NCBI GenBank assembly: GCA_965287045.1
Contig: OZ336903.1
Span: 1,054,001 to 1,118,000, forward strand
From: Carcharhinus amblyrhynchos
Lineage: Eukaryota
Length of the DNA: 64,000 nt
Reading direction: 5' to 3'
The notes beneath the pieces are model-generated. The model made no database searches. It had not been told where the DNA came from and was given only the letters and a program-made list of their open reading frames with translations. A program made the position numbers and the translations under genes. The stretch's first letter is position 1, and every line of letters begins with the position of its first letter. Shown piece after piece: positions 38,401 through 50,240 of the stretch.

Positions 38401-41400
38401 TCTGTGGGCTGAACAACAACAAATCACAAAACACTAATTATTAAAAAAAAACTCACAACTGGTTAATTACATTATGTCATGAATGGTTCTGAATCTCTTT
38501 CCACTCAGTTGCCCCTTAATCTAAAGATGCATCGTACAGGGGAATTTTCGAGATGAAAAAGTGGGCTACGACCAGAGTTGGATGCACCATCGGTGACACT
38601 CAGCGGCTGAATGGCCTTCTTCTGCATTAACAAATTGTATAATTATAGGTCTTTCATCAAATTCAATCCATGTCAGTGTTGATTCTCTCCAGGAGACGTG
38701 TTCAGTCTCACAGCGGTTCCTTTGGAACACCCTTCCCCATTCCCCCTTTAATTAAATCAACTTCTGGTTTATCACAACAAATTCTAAATAAAGCTGCCCC
38801 CTATCGCCTGGGGATGGAGAATATCAGAATGTGCAACAAGCGGACCTCAATCAATAACATATGGAATTCTTTGCACAGGGACAGACTCACTGCTAGACAT
38901 CATACAAAAACAACATTCTTTATTGTTTTTCGGCGCTGAAACGTGTTGAGAATGGACGTTCTGAAATTGCTTCAAGCAGAACTGAAACGATGCATCCCAG
39001 AATGTCTAAATGGGGATTAGCAAACAACACTTGAGCTTTACTGAGGGTCCACTTGCACAGATCACTAAACCAAAAAGGCCAGATGCAAAATGTAACCAAA
39101 ATCCGAAGGAATTTTAGCGTTTCTATTTAGAGGGCTAGAATATGAAGTTGCGGGGGTGGGGGGGTGGGTGGGTTTCTGCTTCAAGTTTCAAAAATATTGT
39201 TCAGTCCATTTTTTTAAATGACAAATTCTTTACGTAAACTGGTAGAGTGTAGATAAGAAAAAGCAAACCATTGATTATATGATTTAATTATGTTGCAAGC
39301 ATTTCCTGTTCTGGAAAATATTCCACTGGGAATGTCCCAGACTACTGGTTACCGAGCCTGGGTCTAGACAACATCTCCTTCTATCAGCTTACACTGTGTG
39401 AAATCTGCCTGAAGCTGCAGCAGGTTAAATATTAAAACAACTAATCTTCCTTCATTTTATTCTGGAGAAAATATCGACTACCGCACATTTATTTATAATA
39501 CAACCTCCTGAACAAATTGATCCAGCACAATTTATTCAAATACAACAGAACACTCCACCAATAACATTTCTGATTTCTCTCCCTGACAGACTCTAATAGT
39601 AATTAGCACGCGTGGAAATCATGTAGGGACAAGTGGGATTCATCAGATTCAGGGAGTGAGAGGGAGATAAGTTTCCAAATGGTATCAAACAATTTGAGAA
39701 GAAGATTTACATGACAGTTATTAAAACAAGACGCCTGGAGAGACAGGGGATATCCAGCCAGTCCCCTCTCACACAAAATCAGAAAATGTTGCAACAATTC
39801 AGCAGCTGTGGCAGGAATCGTGGCGAGGGAAGAATAGAGGGAAGTTTCCAGTCCGCATGACTCTCCTCCAGACCCTTCCCATCCTCACTCCGCTCTTGGA
39901 ACACCTTCAATCTGCCCACTGATTGCTGCTCTGAAAGTAGCCGCAGTGACTGGATAAGCGCTCTATGGCCTCCGCAATCAATAGTCAGTAAATGTCAAAC
40001 ACATGGACAGAGACACCCGGATTTAATTCAGAGACAGCCGCCAATTCTGACGGAGTGCCGAATGATCCGGACTCCCCTTAAATGTACCTCTGTACACAGC
40101 CAGCCGATCAATGCATGCCTGATCTTTGGACTCCACTCAGGCAAGATCGGGACACCTGAGCACGCTAGGACGTCCCTCGACCACCTCCACCCTCCTCCTT
40201 CTCCACGAGCCTGTCCGCGCCCCGCCCCTTCCCCCACTTCCCCCCTCTCCCGCACCCCCACCGTGTTTGCTGTCAAGCCTGTCTGTGTGTCCAGGCGTGT
40301 GGTTATGTCGGTTGAGGCATTCGGGGAGGGGTGTTCGTGGAGATCTCGAAGGTTTGGAGGATGGGGATTTTCGTCTGAGCGAACAACTTCTGGACCCCGA
40401 TGCAAAACAACAAGCATTAACAATTGGACGATTTGGAGTTAAGTTAAAATAGCAAAAAAAAAACGCTGCGGATAGATGAAGATAAACGGTTGTTCAGCAG
40501 AAGCCTAATTGTTGTCCAGGGTTTGCTCTGTGTGACCCTGGAATGCTTCACTATTTGTTGAATGGTGATCGGAACTGAACAGTGAGGAACCAGGAGCGAA
40601 CAACTCCTCTCCTGAACATAGCTAACAGCAAGCGCTCAGCTCAAGGACACAGCGGGCCTGTGCACTGTTGTGGTAATTGTTAATCACTCTATTAATTCAG
40701 GAATCATAGAATGCTACCGTGTAGAAAGAGGCCATTCGGTGCATCGAGTCTGCACCAACCACAACCCCACCCAGGCCCCATCCTTATATCCCTACATATT
40801 TACCCATTAGTTTATCTAATCATTGCATCCCGAGACACTCAGGGTAACTTAGAAAGGTTAATCAACCTTGCCCGCACATTTTTGGACTCTCATTGCTATG
40901 ACATTATTAGAAACGTAAATCCTGGTGTTAATGTAACAGCACTTCTGTTTTCAGAACAGTTAAATTATTCACCACTCTCTTTACCGTCTCAGAATATTTT
41001 ACCCGCCGTTTCCCGGAGAGCAGGCTGTAGATGGTGGAAAGATTTTTTTTTTACCTGAGCAAATCACGCTGGCATCACGGGAATGCAAATAGCCATAGTA
41101 AGGGTCGTAGCGATGGTCCACCCATGGATCTGAGCGACATTCCCGCAGGGCGGTCTCGGTCCCTTCGCACTGAACATCCGACGCCACAATGGGTCCGGAT
41201 CCTCCCCCAAAGTGACCCTCGCCTGGTGCAGAGAGCGCGGTCCCGCAGCCCAGCTCCCCACACACAACATCGGCGTCCCGCTGGTCCCAGCCAAGATCAA
41301 ACGCAGTCCCCCACTGTCCCCTGTAGTGAATCTCCACTCTCCCAGCGCACCGACTCTGCCCATTCGCCAGTCTCAGCTTCACCACCTCTGGAAAATGTAG

Positions 41401-44400
41401 AAATAAACCAGCCGTTATTGGCCAGCTGATGCAACAGGAGCCAAATCAAACATCGAATGTGTCCAGGATATCAACAAGCTTTTTGATAATATGATACATA
41501 TGAAACGAGAATTTGGATTGACAGGGGGAAACATTCGTAAATCAGTTGGAACTTGGAAGCATCATACGGCTGCGTCAGGCAGGAGTGCCAATAGGTGTTT
41601 AATTGATTCAATCCACACATCTCAGGACTGTCATAGTCCGCGGTCCACCATACTGCCTGGACTAATATAGTGGAATCCCAATCTGAGCATGGATTCGACA
41701 TCTACCATCACTGTGGTACCAGGGCCGCCCTGCTGCAGCCGGCTGAATCGGGCAGTCAGGTAGTCTCCAGCCCTTCCCGGGGCGGTAAGATGCAGCGAGG
41801 TCTCGGCGGAACCCTTTTATACCGGAGGTGGAAGGGCCAGAACATCGCACTGCATTTCAGTGCTGGCTGGTAACTCGGGATGTGAAATTTATTTGTAAAC
41901 GGCAGCGGGACCACGTTGCCTCTCACCCTCCTCCTCAGAATGTTGTTCCGAATTAGGGAGCAGCAATTAAAACTTGTCAGGAAAACATTGCAAGAACATT
42001 TTCCTTCACAACAGACAGGCAGACATTGAACGGAACCATTGAACACAAAGATACTGAATTTGTCTCCGGGATTTATCATTCAGTTGGATGGATGAGTGCA
42101 GTAAAATGACAGATATGAACTTGGAGGGCGATTACCTGATGGATCAGCCTGGCTGTTCCCTGGTCTGCCTGAAATGAAATTTTGAAAATTAGTCTTTGCT
42201 GGAACACGAGATGAATAAAATTTCCAAAACCGTGTTTCTCATGTCAACACGGTGGATCTGTGTTATTCCTCCACTACATGAATTACAATCACTCGACGTT
42301 AAAAAGTGTTATTCAAATTACCACACCCGTGATATTTTGGCCCCTGAATATCCTGGTCTCATTACATTTAACCATGTGTTACCATATTCCCAAATAGGGG
42401 TATTTTGTGTCAGTCAAATCTCCTAATCACTTTTAGTTCCTAGTTTACGTAATAGAATCAACAGGGCAGTGATTCTTGTCTCCGGTTGGATTGCTGAAAT
42501 TTATAACTTGATCCACAGAGTAACAATGATAAAGTTACTCGAATATCTCTGCACCAACGTCCACAATACGGACAGGGCGTCATTTATTTCCAATGCAGAC
42601 AATCCTCAGCTATCCTTATCAACTCTTTGCAAACAATATCACTGATGTTGTAATCATTGCCAGAATTGTGGGATAACATTTCAATATTTACTCAAAATGT
42701 TCACAATTTCTATGGTCCAACTGGAATTTCTGGACTCCCTTCACCCATTCCGTCTTCCTATCTTTTGCTCCACTGAATCATTGACCCATTTCAAAAACAC
42801 AGAAGAACGAAAAATACAGCACAGAAACAGCTCCGTTGGCCTTTCAAGTCTCTGTCCATCATGATATGCAACAAAGAGAAACAAGACATACTGTCCTATT
42901 TCCTTCCGTATCTTTCTACTTCTTCCTTATTCAAGTGCCCATCCAGATGCCTCTTAAATATTGATAATGTGTCCGCTTCCATCACCTCCTCTGGCAGCGT
43001 GTTCCAGGCACACACTACTTTCTCAGCTTCTCTCACACTTCTTCCCTAAACTTTCCCCCTCTCACTTTAAGCCTGCGCCCCTTTTCTTTCTGCAGCAGAT
43101 CACTAATGACACTAAAAAGCAATGGAATAGAAGGTGTTGGTCAGTAGCCTGATTTGCTGGAAATCCCAGCCATCACCTGAATCATTTGTGTACCGAGGAG
43201 ATGATACACAGCAACAAATGATCAAGACTGACACAGCGGTTCATTCCAAACCCGCGATTTCTACCACCTAGAAGTACAAGGACAGGCCTACAGCAATACC
43301 CTGAATTGCGCATCGCCTTCTAAGCTGGTCAAAATGCTGAGTTGGGACGATATCGGGGTTGCTTCACACTCGTGTGAGCTCAATCCCTAATGTCACTCTG
43401 CCTGCACCAGTGCATCATGTACTGCAGCCAGGCATCAAAAAAAAGCCCAGAGATCAATTTCTGAAGACATCTGGGTACAGACAATAAATGCTGCCATTGC
43501 CAGGGACACTGACTTCACAAAAGAGAGCATAATAATAACAAGAGTGCAAAGGCCGTGTCTGAATGTGGAAATTAATTTTTTTTGAAATAGATATAATGAA
43601 AGTTTGGTCGGGTATAATGTCGGGCCATTTCCAGATCACAGGACGTGATTAGCACAAAACTGTAAGGCAGCAAATATACCTCCCCATGACTGAGTACTCG
43701 ATCTGTCAAATAATGTTTTATCTTGAACTATGGGACCCAGCACGTAACAAATAAATATCGATGTTGCGAGTGGAATTAATTAAATAACTTGATACTCGTT
43801 GTTTAAAACCACCGTTAAACACTGGAAAAATTTACCTCGCGGCAGAAAGGGCAGATTATGAGTCACCAGTGGAAGAATAATTTCCAAATGCATGGTCATA
43901 CCAAATTAATACTTCCCTAATGTAAGATATCACAGATAGAAAATAAGCGGACCCTTAACCAATCTTTGCGAAATAGGGTGATATTTTTCTGGGTTCTGGA
44001 GGCCGAAGCTAACAGTATAAAATGGTTCAGAACATTTTACAAGGAAACGGTGAAGTTCCCCAAACTGGAACGTGTAACGGGTTTGCATGGATCGTTATAA
44101 GTAACAGAAATCTCAATGCATATTTAGAGTGTCTGGAAAGGCGCTGAAAAGTATCTACTGATTGTTACATAAAGCTGATGTTAATGTATTGTTTAGAAAA
44201 CGTTGTTTTGATTTCTAAACCTCATTGTTCCAAATAGCTACCAGAAATACTCATGCTGCAAATTCGCGGAAGAGGACCGAATTTTCACGTTCTGATTATT
44301 TCGCTGGTGCCACTGATATTGCGTATACTGCTTAATCTGCCGGTTAAAGCAATGTTACTCCCACATAGATTGAATATTAAACGTTTCAGTATTTACTTCC

Positions 44401-46889
44401 ATGTCCACTACTCCAACTCAAAATAATTTGTTTAACATATGGCAGCTCACTGTACCACAGGGCGAGCATACAGCTCTTCCACTGAGAAATATCTATCCCA
44501 AATCTGTGTACACATTAGAACATAAGAACATAAGAAATAGGAGCAGGAGTAGGCCATCTAGCCCCTCGAGCCTGCCCCGCCATTCAATAAGATCATGGCT
44601 GATCTGTCGCTGCTCAGTTCCACTTTCCCGCTTTCTCCCCATAACCCTTAATCCCCTCTATTCTATTGATAGTAACTAGACCTTTTACTGGGATTCTGCA
44701 AGCGGTTAATTCACCGAGATTCCATTCGGCAATGTTCGCTATTCGAACAATAGCGGCAATCTATACCCAGATTGCGCCGTTCAGCTAGAATTTCAAGTCA
44801 AGTCTGTTCCGTCTGTACAGCAGACCCAGTGAAGTATTTAATTCTACCTGCCGCCGTATCTGGGATTGATTCAGTGGTGCATCTAATTTTCTTATTCACT
44901 TGCTGTTGTTTTTGGAGACTAATGATCTGGAAATGCAACATTGCCCAAAGTATGTTGTGATAATTTTCGGCAAATTAAGCCAACGATTTCAATGTCCGCT
45001 TTATAACTGCGAGCTAACTGGCGATTCAGTAGCAAGAAAAAAAATAATGAGATGAGATTACTGAGCAGAGGATTTATTGCATCACAACATAACATTTGTT
45101 CTGCTTGCTTCTGTAAGACATGTCCTTTCAAGCAACTGGAAAGTCCAAACACTATTTTTTAAGAGTTTATTTTGCGGACTCTCCGTCCTTTACTGTGTGA
45201 AGTGTTTGATAACAGTAATGGGGCGCTTCTCTATCAGTTAACCAGCATTTTCAGTGACATTCGGATTAATGAATATAACCAAAGAGGCACGTTGGGAACC
45301 GAGCGAAAATGAACCGAGTCAACGACTGAAATGGAGCAAAACTACTTGGTCTGTGGAAGGAGGTGAAGGAACAGTTCTCGATCTGCCACAGAAAACGGCA
45401 TGAGACACAGAGAGAACATGAACACGTGGAATACTTTTGAGAAATAAAAATAATTAGAAACTGAAAAAAAATCACTGTGTAGAAATATTAATTTAACACA
45501 TTCTGGTCATATTCCGTAGGAGATATGAAACAATTGAGCAACAAACTTCACAAAGCATTTCACGCATATTTAGCAAATTACATTATCAACATAACAAGAT
45601 AAGTGTTTTCTTCATAATAATAAAATTAATTACTCATATTATTAAATTAATTATAAGATTAATCTTATTAAAATAAGATTATTAATTAATTTTATTCTTA
45701 ATTGCAATTCATATTATAGCGTTAAATGCATTATTCACAGAACTAGCCCATCACTTTGAGGCTGAGACACCTATTTTAAATGAATTGTTTTCACTCTACA
45801 CGCGTTCAGACAGAAAATATACTGAGAAATATCAAGAGAAATATATATGGACGGTCCTGGCCAAAATTCCCGCATTTTTAAACTCAGTGAGTTGGTTTCC
45901 ACTCAAACTCCTTTTCAGCAGATTCTAACAGCCACTGCTCTCATTTGTACCAACACAAATCAAGTTATCCGAATAGAGGTTTTACAGTAATATGTTGTCC
46001 ATGCACACGTGCGGTATTTCCATTCAATTTTTTATTTAAATCTCAGGTTGCCGTAAGTCCCGGCCGAGAAATTAAAACATGCATTAATCAGATGTTCTAT
46101 ATTCTAAATGTATTCGAAAGGAAATACGTTAAAAAAGAAACAGGGAATCTAAATTATTCACCAACTGAAACGTCTGCTACTTAAACTCCCAATTCCAATG
46201 CACACTTCATAACAACGAAGGAAGCATTTGAAAAGATTAGAGTTTTTTTTTCATCAGTACAGTGGAGAATCCACTGCTCAAAAGAAACCCACATAATTTC
46301 CCAGATTGAGATTTGACAGTCCATTTTGATTTCCAACTCCAATTTATTTATTCTGCACAAGAATGTCTGGTAGACGGCGATTAAATACAACTTCTGTTGG
46401 GCACTTGTGGCCTCAGAGCAATATTCGGCCGATGTGTTAGGCCCCTAGGCCCAAAGAGACTGTGCCGAGTGAAATAAAACCAATTCGGTCTCACCCCACT
46501 AGACTGTTCTTGGCTCCTTTGTGCGTTATAATACTTCAACCGCAAAAGGAAGTATGTTTTCAATGTGCTGAGCACTTCTTCATTTTCCAGCTTTTCAGAC
46601 ACTGGACTCGCCTCCTCTCATTGTAAATTGATGTACATTAATATTCCATTACCTCCAGATGGCACTTATTATTCAAATCATCAAATTTCTCTTACATCTG
46701 TCACTAACATTTTTATTACGGAATCTCTCTCTCTCTCTCGTTCTATATATATATAAATATATATACCCATATACACATGCTAAAATTTTATGTCACTGAA
46801 TTCTCAATATGCATCGGGATACTTTCAATCAATCATAACTCACAGTTGAGAAGCTGCAATGCAATTAGAGTCAGGAAGGAGCGCAGCAT
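26427..46889 (-). CDS. Gene B: complete CD163/WC1/SCART-like SRCR receptor, 16 exons, 7 SRCR domains, 969 aa
   Basis: Exons 46889-46844 (ATG, signal peptide), 42168-42136, 41387-41055, 38408-38094, 37111-36797, 36485-36171, 35095-34781, 33883-33566, 33487-33431, 33333-33025, 32884-32846, 32658-32542 (TM), 30003-29896, 27874-27764, 27291-27160, 26473-26427. Sum 2910 nt, all introns phase 1 GT-AG. Confidence 0.88.
27160..27291 (-). CDS. Gene B cytoplasmic exon 3 (TDYDDVE)
   Basis: 132 bp, homolog of 19710-19841. Confidence 0.85.
27764..27874 (-). CDS. Gene B cytoplasmic exon 2 (SEYPEV)
   Basis: 111 bp, homolog of 19118-19228. Confidence 0.85.
29896..30003 (-). CDS. Gene B cytoplasmic exon 1 ([11 protein letters not shown])
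   Basis: 108 bp, homolog of 16807-16914. Confidence 0.85.
30720..32240 (-). mobile_element. Old degraded CR1 LINE (counterpart of 14980-16085)
   Basis: ORF relics such as AFIAKG...[11 protein letters not shown] (31156-31383) and [10 protein letters not shown]...DWK (32067-32255); CR1 3' end near 30720. Confidence 0.8.
32542..32658 (-). CDS. Gene B transmembrane exon
   Basis: [38 protein letters not shown]; 117 bp. Confidence 0.88.
32846..32884 (-). CDS. Gene B stalk exon ([13 protein letters not shown])
   Basis: 39 bp, phase 1-1. Confidence 0.8.
33025..33333 (-). CDS. Gene B SRCR D7
   Basis: [28 protein letters not shown]...; 309 bp. Confidence 0.93.
33431..33487 (-). CDS. Gene B linker exon ([19 protein letters not shown])
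   Basis: 57 bp, phase 1-1. Confidence 0.75.
33566..33883 (-). CDS. Gene B SRCR D6
   Basis: 318 bp; lies within ORF 33534-33899. Confidence 0.93.
34781..35095 (-). CDS. Gene B SRCR D5
   Basis: 315 bp; ends [12 protein letters not shown]. Confidence 0.93.
36171..36485 (-). CDS. Gene B SRCR D4 (no C2/C7)
   Basis: 315 bp; lies within ORF 36163-36549. Confidence 0.93.
36797..37111 (-). CDS. Gene B SRCR D3
   Basis: 315 bp; lies within ORF 36750-37130. Confidence 0.93.
38094..38408 (-). CDS. Gene B SRCR D2 (no intact counterpart in gene A)
   Basis: [20 protein letters not shown]...ICAELQCG...[12 protein letters not shown]; 315 bp; resembles CD163 SRCR5. Confidence 0.88.
40700..40890 (-). mobile_element. 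SINE/LINE 3' fragment specific to arm B
   Basis: catagaat...gaggccattcgg...catcgagtctgcacc tail; interrupts homology with ~3800-3840. Confidence 0.6.
41055..41387 (-). CDS. Gene B SRCR D1 (distal domain, no C2/C7, loop 3 aa longer than in gene A)
   Basis: 333 bp; ...WGTAFD...[28 protein letters not shown]. Confidence 0.93.
42136..42168 (-). CDS. Gene B 33-bp micro-exon
   Basis: Identical to 1783-1815, including splice sites. Confidence 0.75.
44517..44660 (-). mobile_element. Short 3' fragment of the young CR1 family
   Basis: Nearly identical to ~7760-7910, including the (TTCTTATG)n tail. Confidence 0.88.
46844..46889 (-). CDS. Gene B exon 1: start codon and signal peptide [15 protein letters not shown]
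   Basis: ggacgATG context, hydrophobic core, phase-1 donor T|gtgagt. Joins the micro-exon in frame to give [26 protein letters not shown]. Confidence 0.75.
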
Positions 46890-47144
46890 CGTCCCGACTG
46901 TCGGTTACTGCGATCAGACTTGACTATTCACCGAGTTTTGTACACCGGTACCGGGCTGTCCTTCCAACACTTTCTAAAACACCAAACGCTCCAGGAATGA
47001 ATTCTTTGTTCAGAAAATAATATTTCCTCCCATTTGGTTAATTAATGCTCCCAATTATCAAATTTAAATTGCCGTTTGATAAAAGATACCAATGACAGTT
47101 ATATCCACCTCCTTCCCCTGTGCGGCTAATGAGGCCTACATTTT

Positions 47145-47162
47145 TGATAAGGAAGTGAGTCA
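47145..47162. promoter_or_regulatory. Overlapping GATA-ETS-AP1 motif cluster ~260 bp upstream of the gene B ATG
   Basis: TGATAA.GGAAGT.GAGTCA (TGATAAGGAAGTGAGTCA); motif match only. Confidence 0.45.
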
Positions 47163-49169
47163 CTAACCCAGCATCGGATCATCGAATCATCATAACTTAT
47201 TACACAGGCACAGGCGAGTGAAGAAAATGTATATGGAAAATGTTTGCAAATCATATTCGGCCTGCACTAGATTATTTACATTTTTTGCAATGTTTTGCCA
47301 CTTTTTGCAAAGAACAATTTCCGAGGAACAGTTGAAGGCCGGAGAGACGATGAGTTAAAATTTCCAGGGGAAATGGACTGCTGTGATGTGGAGAAAATGC
47401 ATAAATTGCATGTCAGATCCAATCACTTTCCTCAAGAAATCTGTGAGTGAGTGTTCTCACCGACAAGTCCAATCTAATCGGCTGTTGAAGACTCCTATTG
47501 AGTCCGAATACAGCCTGTATTCACAACCTGATTTTCACGTCTTCACAAGCGAAAAGTGAAGAGATTTCACTCCAGCGGCAACTCAAGCAAGAAGTTCAAA
47601 TCTGTAACATCTGGAATCATTTTTTTTCCCCCGAGTGAAAACAGACCTTTTGCTCCTCGCTCTGAGAACAACCTCCAAAGTTTTTACTGTCTTCTATTTG
47701 CAGAACAATATTCTCGAAATACAGAAAGCCCAATTTGTGAAGATTCTTAATATGTAACATTTCTATCCGGAAATCCTAGATTAAATGCTTCTGTTAAAAG
47801 ACTGTTCATCTCTGTTTGAACTTAATTACTTTTTGAACATACTTTAGAAGCACCATTACATATCTGAGCGATTTTGCTGCCTCCGCCCAGTTTAGAGTGA
47901 CAGAGTTCGGCGGGACTGTGCCGCTCAGAAATATTTCTTATCTGCTGGGCAAATGTGATTTTATTTTCATGATCAACTTGAGAGTCATTTGAGTGAATAT
48001 CTTTACAGAGCCGCGTTTAGAGAGAGGAAGCCCACAGACATATTTGTTCCATACAGGAAGAAATGATTCCTGAGAAGCTGAACAATTGGTATTGAGTTAC
48101 ACTCCGTGTCATCCCGAAGCAGCTCACTGTCTGCGCAGCCTCAGAACACTCGCTGCGCAGTTGCTGAACCGACAGGAAGCACCTGGCCTGGTGGTCAGGT
48201 CTCTGCTCGCATGTTAGTCGCTGCTACACTTTAACATTGACAGATTGCAATTGCACATTGGAACTTGTGACGGGCAGTGCACTGGGACATGTAAAACTTC
48301 AAGTACCTTCATGAATTCACCAGCAGCATGTGACAGAACGGCATCTACAAATAGTTATCAGGGACTCCAGGAATAGTGTGTCGCTGAACGTTATTAAATT
48401 TCACTTGTGTTCAACAAATTTGAAATTATTGGTGTGAGTTTAAACCGATTGTCTGGGCTGTATAAATCAATACACTACACATAGACATTTGACACGCTTA
48501 GACGCGGAGGGCCCACCATTCAGCTCCATATCTATTATCCCTCAGTGCTTCCCCCGTGAACACAGCAGACCGGGTGCACAAGTTCACCGAGAGCTTTGAG
48601 ATGAGAGCAGATACGATCTTGGGATAATGGGTGTCTTTATTTGCAAAATACATTTACAGTTTTTGGTCACTTTCAATGTTGTTCAGTTCCCAAAAATGTA
48701 TCCAATCTGTGAAATGATAGACTGCAAACACGGAGTGATTTCCATGTGAGTCATTTTGTGACGTTGGCATCCCTGACTTCCTTTATCACCGAGAGGGCGG
48801 CTTAAGCACTGTAGTCACTTTGTGATGCGACAAAGTCTTAAGCAGGTACTGGGTGCCATGGAAATTAGAGATTCAGATATTGATATGTGATCCAGTGTGG
48901 AGACTTATTACAGATTGGTTATTTAGGAAATACTGCGGGTATCGAGTCAGTTTATGGAGGTGGAATTTACAAGCATTGGTTGGTCTTTGATATCATTAGC
49001 ATCAATCTTTCCATTTGGCAGCACCTGTCTGTAAAACATATTAACTCCTTCTACCTCCAAATTCTGTGTCTTAACACTGGGTCAGTTCTTGTCAAAACTT
49101 GTCAAGTTACCCTGGTTTTAGCTTATTGATCAATGTCTTTTGTCTTTTGTCATCCAGTGTCTAAAGTCT

Positions 49170-50240
49170 GTCTGGGGTCACTCTGTCCTTTCAGATTCAG
49201 TGTTACAGGCCTGGTTGGGGTTACTGTAATTTGAGATTCAGTGTCAGAGGCCGGGCTGTGCTGGAAATGTTATTTGAGATTCAAGGTTTCAGGCCTGGCA
49301 GAGTTCACTCTGTCCATGAAGATTCAGTGTCATAGGCTTGGTAATATTCACTCTGTCCTTTGCGATCCAAGGTCTTAGGGCTGGCAGAGTGCACAGTGTC
49401 CTTTCAGATTCAGTGTCACAGGCCTGGCTGGGTTCACTGTGTCCTTTCAGATTCAGTGTCACAGGCCTGGCTGGGTTCACTCTGTCCTTTCAGATTCAGT
49501 GTCACAGGCCTGGCTGGGTTCACTCTGTCCTTTCAGATTCAGTGTCACAGGCCTGGCTGGGCTCACTGTGTCCTTTCAGATTCAGTGTCACAGGCCTGGC
49601 TGGGTTCACTGTGTCCTTTCAGATTCAGTGTCACAGGCCTGGCTGGGTTCACTGTGTCCTTTCAGATTCAGTGTCACAGACCTGGCTGTGTTCACTGTGT
49701 CCTTTCAGATTCAGTGTCACAGGCCTGGCTGTGTTCGAACTGTTATTTGGGATTCAGTGTCACAGGCCTGTCTGTGTTAATTCTGTCCTTTAAGTTTCAG
49801 TGTCACAGCCCTGGCTGTGTTTGAACTATTATTTGAGATGCAAATCTCATGCCTGGCAGGGTTCAGGCTGTTCTTTGAGATTCACTGTCATCGGCCTTTA
49901 TTGCTTCAGTCTGTCTTTAAATTCAGTGTCACAGACCTGGCTGAATAAACTGTGTCCTCTCAGATTCAGTGTTACAGGCCTGGTTCTGTTCAATCTGTCA
50001 TTTCAGATTCAATGTCACAGGTCTGGCTGTATTCACACTGCCCTTTGAGATTCAGTGTTACAGACCTGGCTGGATTCAGTATGTGTTTTGAGATTCAGCG
50101 TCACGGGCATGTGTGGGTTCACTGTATCCTGTATGTTTGAGTGTCACAGGCCTGGCTGGGTTCACTCTGTCCTTTGACAATCACTGTCACATGCGTGGCT
50201 CGGTTCACTGTGTCATATGAGGTTCAGTGTCACAGGCTGG
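49170..50240. repeat. 43-bp minisatellite, ~25 units, homogeneous core ~49390-49740
   Basis: Unit cctttcagattcagtgtcacaggcctggctgggttcactgtgt; cagattcag recurs at 49405, 49448, 49491. Confidence 0.95.

Larger units (their letters stand above)
1..43900. repeat. Inverted segmental duplication: arm A ~1-22915, arm B ~25985-43900
   Basis: Exons, introns and 3' UTRs are collinear in reverse complement. Bases 1-45 match ~43860-43901 and ~22840-22915 match ~25985-26070. Arm A probably continues left of the window. Confidence 0.95.

Noticed and set aside
1-43900. Inverted duplication as an assembly or haplotype artefact
   Set aside because: The arms differ by many substitutions, arm-specific insertions and domain content, far beyond allelic divergence.
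49390-49740. CACTGTG/CACAGTG RSS heptamers in the 43-bp repeat, suggesting V(D)J-type recombination
   Set aside because: No ACAAAAACC-like nonamer at 12- or 23-bp spacing, and I saw no RSS beside the D1 exons or the orphan fragment.
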